64,000 nucleotides of DNA from Myxococcales bacterium (GTDB lineage: Bacteria; Myxococcota_A; Polyangia; Polyangiales; Polyangiaceae): contig JAYTOU010000080.1 of assembly GCA_043747615.1 (NCBI GenBank), positions 8,913 through 72,912 of the forward strand, read 5' to 3'. A program made the position numbers and the translations under genes. Position 1 is the first letter of the stretch; every line of letters starts with the position of its first letter. The notes beneath the pieces are model-generated. The model had not been told where the DNA came from, ran no database searches, and was given only the letters and a program-made list of their open reading frames with translations. Below are positions 58,939 through 64,000 of this stretch, one piece after another.

Positions 58939-60585
58939 ATGGCGGGCGTGCTAGATCCGGTCCTTCTCCCCGACCTCCTCCACCCAGCTCCGATGAGCCG
59001 GGTCGACGCCGAGCACACCAAGCTCGGGATCGCCCTCGCGTTTGCGAGCGGGGTGTCAGGCGGCCTCTTCGCTGACGTTCTTGATCGCGCGAAGGTCGCA
59101 CCCTCGACCTGGGAGCCCGCGTCGTTCGCGAGCGATCTCTTCCTGAAGAATTTCGTCGCCACGTGCTTCAAGGTTCGCATCGGGACGGACGAGCCCGTTC
59201 TCGCGACGACGCATTTGGTCAAGCTCCTCGGGCATCCCCCGTCCGATCCTGCGGTCGTCGAGCATCGCCGCGCCATCGTCACCGAGCTCTCCACCTCCCC
59301 CGAGCTGCGGAGGGAGCTCGAGCGTCTTTACATGGCACTCACGCGTTTTCGTTCGCTGCTCGAGGGCGCAACGGGCCAAGGAAAATGGGACGCGAACCGC
59401 CGTCAGCTAGACCTCCTCGTTATCACCAAAGAAATCATCGACCGGATGGTCGAAGGATTCGGGACGGCACGCTCCGGCCTGGCAACGCTGAGCGCCTACG
59501 GTCGCAGGGTGCAGGAGAGCGAGCCCTACCGGTCCCTCGCGGATCTTCTGCGCTACGACGAAAAGCTCGCGACGCTGGATCTCAAAGTTCGCATTGGCGC
59601 CGACGGTCGCATTCGCGGATTCGAGATCCTCGCCATCAAGGAGAGCGAGGAAAATCCTTTCGTAAGCTCACCGTGGCGGCGCTGGCTTGCGAAGGTGGAG
59701 CTCTTCGCACGGGGGTTTCGCTTCGGCGACGCAGAGGTGATGGCCCGGCTGATCGACGCGGTCTTCGAAGGCCTGCTGGACGAGCTCGTCACGTTCGTCC
59801 AGCTTCTCGGCGACATCGAGTTTTACCTCGGAGCCTTCGCGTTTGCGGATCTCGCGGGTGCTTCGGGCCTCGCGGTCTGTCTGCCAACGCTCGTCGGCCC
59901 GAGCGACGGCCGCGCGCTCCTTGGGCTCTTCAATCCTCTCTTGCTCGGGCACGGCGTAAAGGCAGTCCCCTGCGATCTGCGCACCGATCGCCACGACACC
60001 ACCGTCCTGGTGACCGGGCCGAATTCGGGCGGAAAAACGCGCCTTCTACAATCGATCGGCCTCGCCCAGCTCCTCGCGCAATCGGGACTCTTCATCCCCG
60101 CGCGCTCGGGATCGCTCGCTCTTTCGCCGGGCCTGGTGGTGTCACTCATTCAAGAGACGAAGGCAGATCAAGGAGAAGGGCGCCTCGGCATGGAGCTCGT
60201 GCGCATCCGCGCGCTCTTCGAGCATCTGCCGCCCGGCGCGATGGTGATCCTCGACGAGCTCTGCTCGGGAACCAATCCCTCGGAGGGTGAGGAAATTTTC
60301 GAGCTGGTCGTGAGAATGCTCACGATGCTCAAGCCGCAGGCCTTCATCACCACCCACTTTCTCGCGTTCGCAGGCCGGCTAGACCAAGAGCGCAAGATCG
60401 TCGATCTCCGCTTTTTGCAGGTCGAGCTCGGCCCGGATCACAAGGCGACGTACCAGTTCACCCCCGGAGTGGCGCGCACATCTCTCGCAGGACATGCCGC
60501 GGCAAGGCTGGGGGTGACGGGAGAACAGCTCTTGTCGCTGATCGAGCGAAACATCGCGCAGACCCAGACGAGCCGCAGAGACTGA
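58939..60585 (+). CDS. MutS-related ATPase (domain V, no mismatch-binding domain)
   Basis: NPLL, TGPNSGGKT, LAQSG, LDELCSGTNP.EG, TTH, YQF.PG. Confidence 0.85.
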   Translation: MAGVLDPVLLPDLLHPAPMSRVDAEHTKLGIALAFASGVSGGLFADVLDRAKVAPSTWEPASFASDLFLKNFVATCFKVRIGTDEPVLATTHLVKLLGHPPSDPAVVEHRRAIVTELSTSPELRRELERLYMALTRFRSLLEGATGQGKWDANRRQLDLLVITKEIIDRMVEGFGTARSGLATLSAYGRRVQESEPYRSLADLLRYDEKLATLDLKVRIGADGRIRGFEILAIKESEENPFVSSPWRRWLAKVELFARGFRFGDAEVMARLIDAVFEGLLDELVTFVQLLGDIEFYLGAFAFADLAGASGLAVCLPTLVGPSDGRALLGLFNPLLLGHGVKAVPCDLRTDRHDTTVLVTGPNSGGKTRLLQSIGLAQLLAQSGLFIPARSGSLALSPGLVVSLIQETKADQGEGRLGMELVRIRALFEHLPPGAMVILDELCSGTNPSEGEEIFELVVRMLTMLKPQAFITTHFLAFAGRLDQERKIVDLRFLQVELGPDHKATYQFTPGVARTSLAGHAAARLGVTGEQLLSLIERNIAQTQTSRRD

Positions 60586-60590
60586 GCAAC

Positions 60591-61562
60591 GTGGGCACCC
60601 TCCTCACGACGCCGAAGATGGCGCCTGCGCTCGCCGCGCGCATCGAGTCGAGCGTTCGAGGTCGTCGCATCGTGCCCGGTGGCTCGGCTCCGCGGCTGGT
60701 CTCCGTCGTCCGCCTGGGCGTGATTATGGGCGTGACCCTCCTTGCGTGCGCGCTCGTCATCACGCGCTACCGAGAGCACCAGGCACTCGAGCGCGCCCGC
60801 GCGGCAATCCTCCAGACCGTCCACACCCACGCCGCGTCGATCGGCGCCGAGGAGTCGGGATTCGTCGCGCGTGCTGAGTCGTGGTTGGTGCGCTTTGCCG
60901 GCCCCTACGAGGGAGACCTCATCTCCGAAGAAATGCGTGGTACCCAGGCCTCCCGCGCGATCATGGAGCGACCCGCAGTGTATGTGCGCGGTCCTCTCGT
61001 AAGCTTCGTTACGCCCGCGGGGATCGCATCGAGCGCATCAACCTCCCTCAAAGACGCGTTCCTTCTGTGTCTCCTCGATCGTCCGGTTTCGCGGGCAGAG
61101 AAGGTTCTCCTCTCCAAGGTGCGCACCGCATACGCCGGCGGCCTGATCGTCGACGAGCGAACGGCGAACGTGCGAAGGCTCGACGATGCCGAGGTCGGCT
61201 TACCCTTCCTTCGAGCGCCCTGGGCCGAGCGCGTGCAGCACGCGGAGCGCGCGGTGGATCTAGCGCGGCTTCAACGAGAGCTCGACAAGGCACCCATCGA
61301 AGATGCGAAGCGCGCCGCGAAGGCCACCCTTCTCGTCGTCGCGATGGACGAGCCCGGCGACGGAAAAGGGCCGACGGAGCTCGACGGCGAGCGCGCTCAC
61401 GACGTGCGAATTGGACTGGTCGATCTGGCCTCGGCGAAGGTGCTGCTGCGTCTGCGCAAGCGGGTTGATCCCACCTGGATCTCCATGAATGCGCGCGCGC
61501 AGTACGCGAGCGGTCTCGACGGATGCGCCCTCGCCGTCGACGTGCACGAGAGCATTCCGTGA
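60591..61562 (+). CDS. Hypothetical single-pass membrane protein
   Basis: 323-aa ORF 5 nt after the MutS-like gene; one TM; two Cys in the exported part. Confidence 0.7.
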   Translation: MGTLLTTPKMAPALAARIESSVRGRRIVPGGSAPRLVSVVRLGVIMGVTLLACALVITRYREHQALERARAAILQTVHTHAASIGAEESGFVARAESWLVRFAGPYEGDLISEEMRGTQASRAIMERPAVYVRGPLVSFVTPAGIASSASTSLKDAFLLCLLDRPVSRAEKVLLSKVRTAYAGGLIVDERTANVRRLDDAEVGLPFLRAPWAERVQHAERAVDLARLQRELDKAPIEDAKRAAKATLLVVAMDEPGDGKGPTELDGERAHDVRIGLVDLASAKVLLRLRKRVDPTWISMNARAQYASGLDGCALAVDVHESIP

Positions 61563-61575
61563 GGCACGTGAGCAC

Positions 61576-61920
61576 ATGATTCAGATTTTCGGCACCGCGA
61601 AATGCAAGATCACCCGCGCAGCGCGGCGCTTCTTTGCGGATCGCGGGATCAAGGTGCAATTCGTCGAGCTGCGTGAGAAGGGCCTCTCGAAGGGTGAGCT
61701 TGCGAGCGTGGCGCGCGCCGTCGGAGGGATGCGCGCCCTCTATGCGTCCGAAGCCGCGCGGGTGAAGGAGCGTGGCCTTCAGCACTCCAATCCCAATGAG
61801 GCGCGCCTCGCCGAGCTCCTCAAGGCCGATGCACTGCTTTTGCGAACACCGATCGTGCGGGATGGCACGCGCGCCGCGGTGGGTGCGGCGGAGTCGGCTT
61901 GGAAGACGTTCGTTCCCTAA
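61576..61920 (+). CDS. ArsC/Spx family protein
   Basis: IQIFGTAKC..TRAARRFF..RGI, LLRTPIVR. Confidence 0.85.
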   Translation: MIQIFGTAKCKITRAARRFFADRGIKVQFVELREKGLSKGELASVARAVGGMRALYASEAARVKERGLQHSNPNEARLAELLKADALLLRTPIVRDGTRAAVGAAESAWKTFVP

Positions 61921-62025
61921 GTGCGACCGGGTGAGCTACCTTCCTCCTAGTTCAGGCATCGAAGACCTTCGGGGCCGAAAAAATCCTCTTAAATGTTGAT
62001 TCCGCTGAGAGGCCGCATGAGCCGG

Positions 62026-63087
62026 ATGACGATTCCGACCGAACCGATTGGTAGCATCCCGAGAACTGCGCAGCTGATCGAAGCCGTCGTGACACAGGAG
62101 GGCTCCGACCCCGCGCTGGATGCGCACTATGAAGACGCGGTGCGGGATACGATCGCACGGTTCGAAGCGACCGGCTCACCGGTGATCACCGACGGCGAGC
62201 AGCGCAAATATCAAAATTTCTGGACGTACCCCGTTCACGGCCTTCCAAACACGTCGCCCGATGGCTTCAAGATCCCGTTCGTCGCCGGACACACGCGTCG
62301 AATGCCGCAGCTCACCGGCGGGCCGTTCCACTACAAGGTGTACGCGGACAGTTTCCTCGAGAGCGCAATGCGCTATGCGCACGTGCCGGTAAAGCAAGCG
62401 GTCATCTCCGCCTCCGCCCTGAGCCTCATGTACCCGCCCGTCGCCATTCCTGGTTATTCGCGGGAAGAGTTCATCGGCGATCTGCTGCGGGAGCACGAGT
62501 CGGAGATACGCCGCTGTCTGAAAGCGGGAGCGCACAAGGTCCAGGTGGATTTCACCGAAGGACGACTGGCGCTCAAGATCGATCACACCGGAGCGCTGCT
62601 TCACAGCTTCATCGACTTGAACAACCTCGCGCTGTCGCGGTTCTCTCTGGAGGAGCGTACGCGCATCGGGGTGCACACATGTCCGGGTGGAGACCGCGAC
62701 TCGACCCACAGCGCGGAGGTCGACTACGCTGAGTTGCTACCCGGCTTGTTCGAGCTGAAGGCGGGCAATTTTTACGTGGCGCTGGCGGGCGAGAAAGATC
62801 GCGTCCGCGTTCTCAAGATCATCGCCAAGTACATCAAGCCAGATCAGCGCGTCTTCGTCGGCGTCATTGCTCCCATCGACCCGCGCATCGAAACCCCAAT
62901 GGAAGTGTGCGGTCGGGTCCTCGAAGCAGCGAAGTACATCCCGATCGATCAGCTCGGCACCACCGATGACTGCGGGTTCGCTCCTTTCTATGATGACACG
63001 TCGACGACGCGCGACGCCGCGTTCGAAAAAATCCGCTCCCGAGTGGCGGGCACAGAGATGGCGGCGAAATTGATTGGTGAGGGCTAG
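62026..63087 (+). CDS. Short cobalamin-independent methionine synthase-like protein (single MetE C-terminal barrel)
   Basis: IGSIPR, ITDGEQRK, GVHTCPG, DDCGF Zn-ligand motifs; about 350 aa. Confidence 0.85.
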   Translation: MTIPTEPIGSIPRTAQLIEAVVTQEGSDPALDAHYEDAVRDTIARFEATGSPVITDGEQRKYQNFWTYPVHGLPNTSPDGFKIPFVAGHTRRMPQLTGGPFHYKVYADSFLESAMRYAHVPVKQAVISASALSLMYPPVAIPGYSREEFIGDLLREHESEIRRCLKAGAHKVQVDFTEGRLALKIDHTGALLHSFIDLNNLALSRFSLEERTRIGVHTCPGGDRDSTHSAEVDYAELLPGLFELKAGNFYVALAGEKDRVRVLKIIAKYIKPDQRVFVGVIAPIDPRIETPMEVCGRVLEAAKYIPIDQLGTTDDCGFAPFYDDTSTTRDAAFEKIRSRVAGTEMAAKLIGEG

Positions 63088-64000
63088 TTGGGCAGCAAGG
63101 ACGACGCGATCGAGGAGGAGCTCCTTCGTTCTGTCGCACTCCAGAACGCGAATACGATTCTTGTCGCCCGCCAGCGCGTCGAGCGAGAGCTTCTCCAAGC
63201 AAAAGAGCACGCCGACCAGCTCGCCCTAGAGCTCAAGACCACGCTACGGCGCGCGATGCTTGGAGCAGACGTCGCCCGGGCGATGACGGGGGTCGGACCC
63301 ATGTCCGAGATCCTGCAGAATTGCGCGGGAGCGATGGTTCGTCATCTCGATGCGGTGTTCGCCCGCATCTGGACGGTCAGCACCGATGCAACCACCCTCG
63401 AGCTGCGAGCGAGCGCGGGCCTGTACACCCACCTCGACGGCCCACACCGGCGTGTGGCGATCGGCGCATTCAAAATCGGACGCATCGCGCAAGAGCGCCA
63501 GCCCCACCTTTCGAACGACGTGTCGCATGATCCGGAAGTGAGCGACCACGCGTGGGCCGAACGCGAAGGTCTCACCGCTTTTGCCGGCTACCCGTTGCTC
63601 GTCCAAGATCGGCTCGTCGGCGTGATGGCCATGTTTTCCCGCTCCGCGCTGACGACACGCACGCTCGATACGCTTGAATCGGTCGCCGACATCGTGGCGC
63701 TCGGCGTCGAGCGCAAAGGTGCCGAGTCGCGCCGCGCTGAAACGGAGCTACGCAAGACGTCGATTCTCGAAGCGGCGCTCGACTGCATCATCGCGACGGA
63801 CGGCGAAGGTCGCATTACCGACTTCAATCCCGCAGCCGAGCGCCTCTTTCAACGAAAACGGGAAGATGTCCTCGGGCAGGAAATGGCGGAGGTCATCATT
63901 CCTCCCGCGCTTCGCGATCAGCACCGCAAGGGCATCGCGCGCTATGTCGCGACCGGCAAAGGGAACGTCATTGGGAGGCGTGTCGAGATGTCGGCACTTC
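63088..64000 (+). CDS. GAF + PAS sensor protein (probable histidine kinase), truncated by window end
   Basis: Open from TTG 63088: EEELLRSVALQNAN coiled coil; GAF (ARIW..LELRASAG..FAGYPL..GVMAMF); PAS (ILEAALDCII..DGEGRITDFNPAAERLF). Confidence 0.85.
   Translation, partial: MGSKDDAIEEELLRSVALQNANTILVARQRVERELLQAKEHADQLALELKTTLRRAMLGADVARAMTGVGPMSEILQNCAGAMVRHLDAVFARIWTVSTDATTLELRASAGLYTHLDGPHRRVAIGAFKIGRIAQERQPHLSNDVSHDPEVSDHAWAEREGLTAFAGYPLLVQDRLVGVMAMFSRSALTTRTLDTLESVADIVALGVERKGAESRRAETELRKTSILEAALDCIIATDGEGRITDFNPAAERLFQRKREDVLGQEMAEVIIPPALRDQHRKGIARYVATGKGNVIGRRVEMSAL

Noticed and set aside
61921..62025. SAM/SAH/cobalamin riboswitch upstream of the MetE-like gene
   Set aside because: No recognisable consensus by eye; an Rfam/Infernal scan would settle it

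Overview
GC-rich, densely coding bacterial chromosomal window. The gene content (many Hanks-type Ser/Thr kinases, TPR-PEGA proteins, Cys-rich and 'DAG'-linker lipoproteins, a MYXO-CTERM-like tail) points to Myxococcota, probably Polyangiales; this is inference. About 60 CDS can be supported; I saw no rRNA, tRNA, CRISPR array, transposase or integrase. Main observations: (1) two independent copies of a three-part cassette, membrane Ser/Thr kinase -> TPR-PEGA protein with an aromatic C-terminus -> variable lipoprotein starting C-x-x-[LV]-[VI]-G-[LI], which looks like a modular trans-envelope signalling system; (2) a TANNNT -10 box 6-7 nt before at least 17 start codons, suggesting widespread leaderless mRNA, including a 28-bp bidirectional promoter; (3) an ABC transporter whose binding protein is fused to an OmpA-like domain, beside uncharacterised helical proteins; (4) a short MetE-like enzyme separated from a GAF-PAS sensor by a single in-frame TAG; (5) several nonsense/frameshift lesions, gene relics and small ORFs missing from the ORF track. 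All product calls come from motifs recognised by eye, not database searches.
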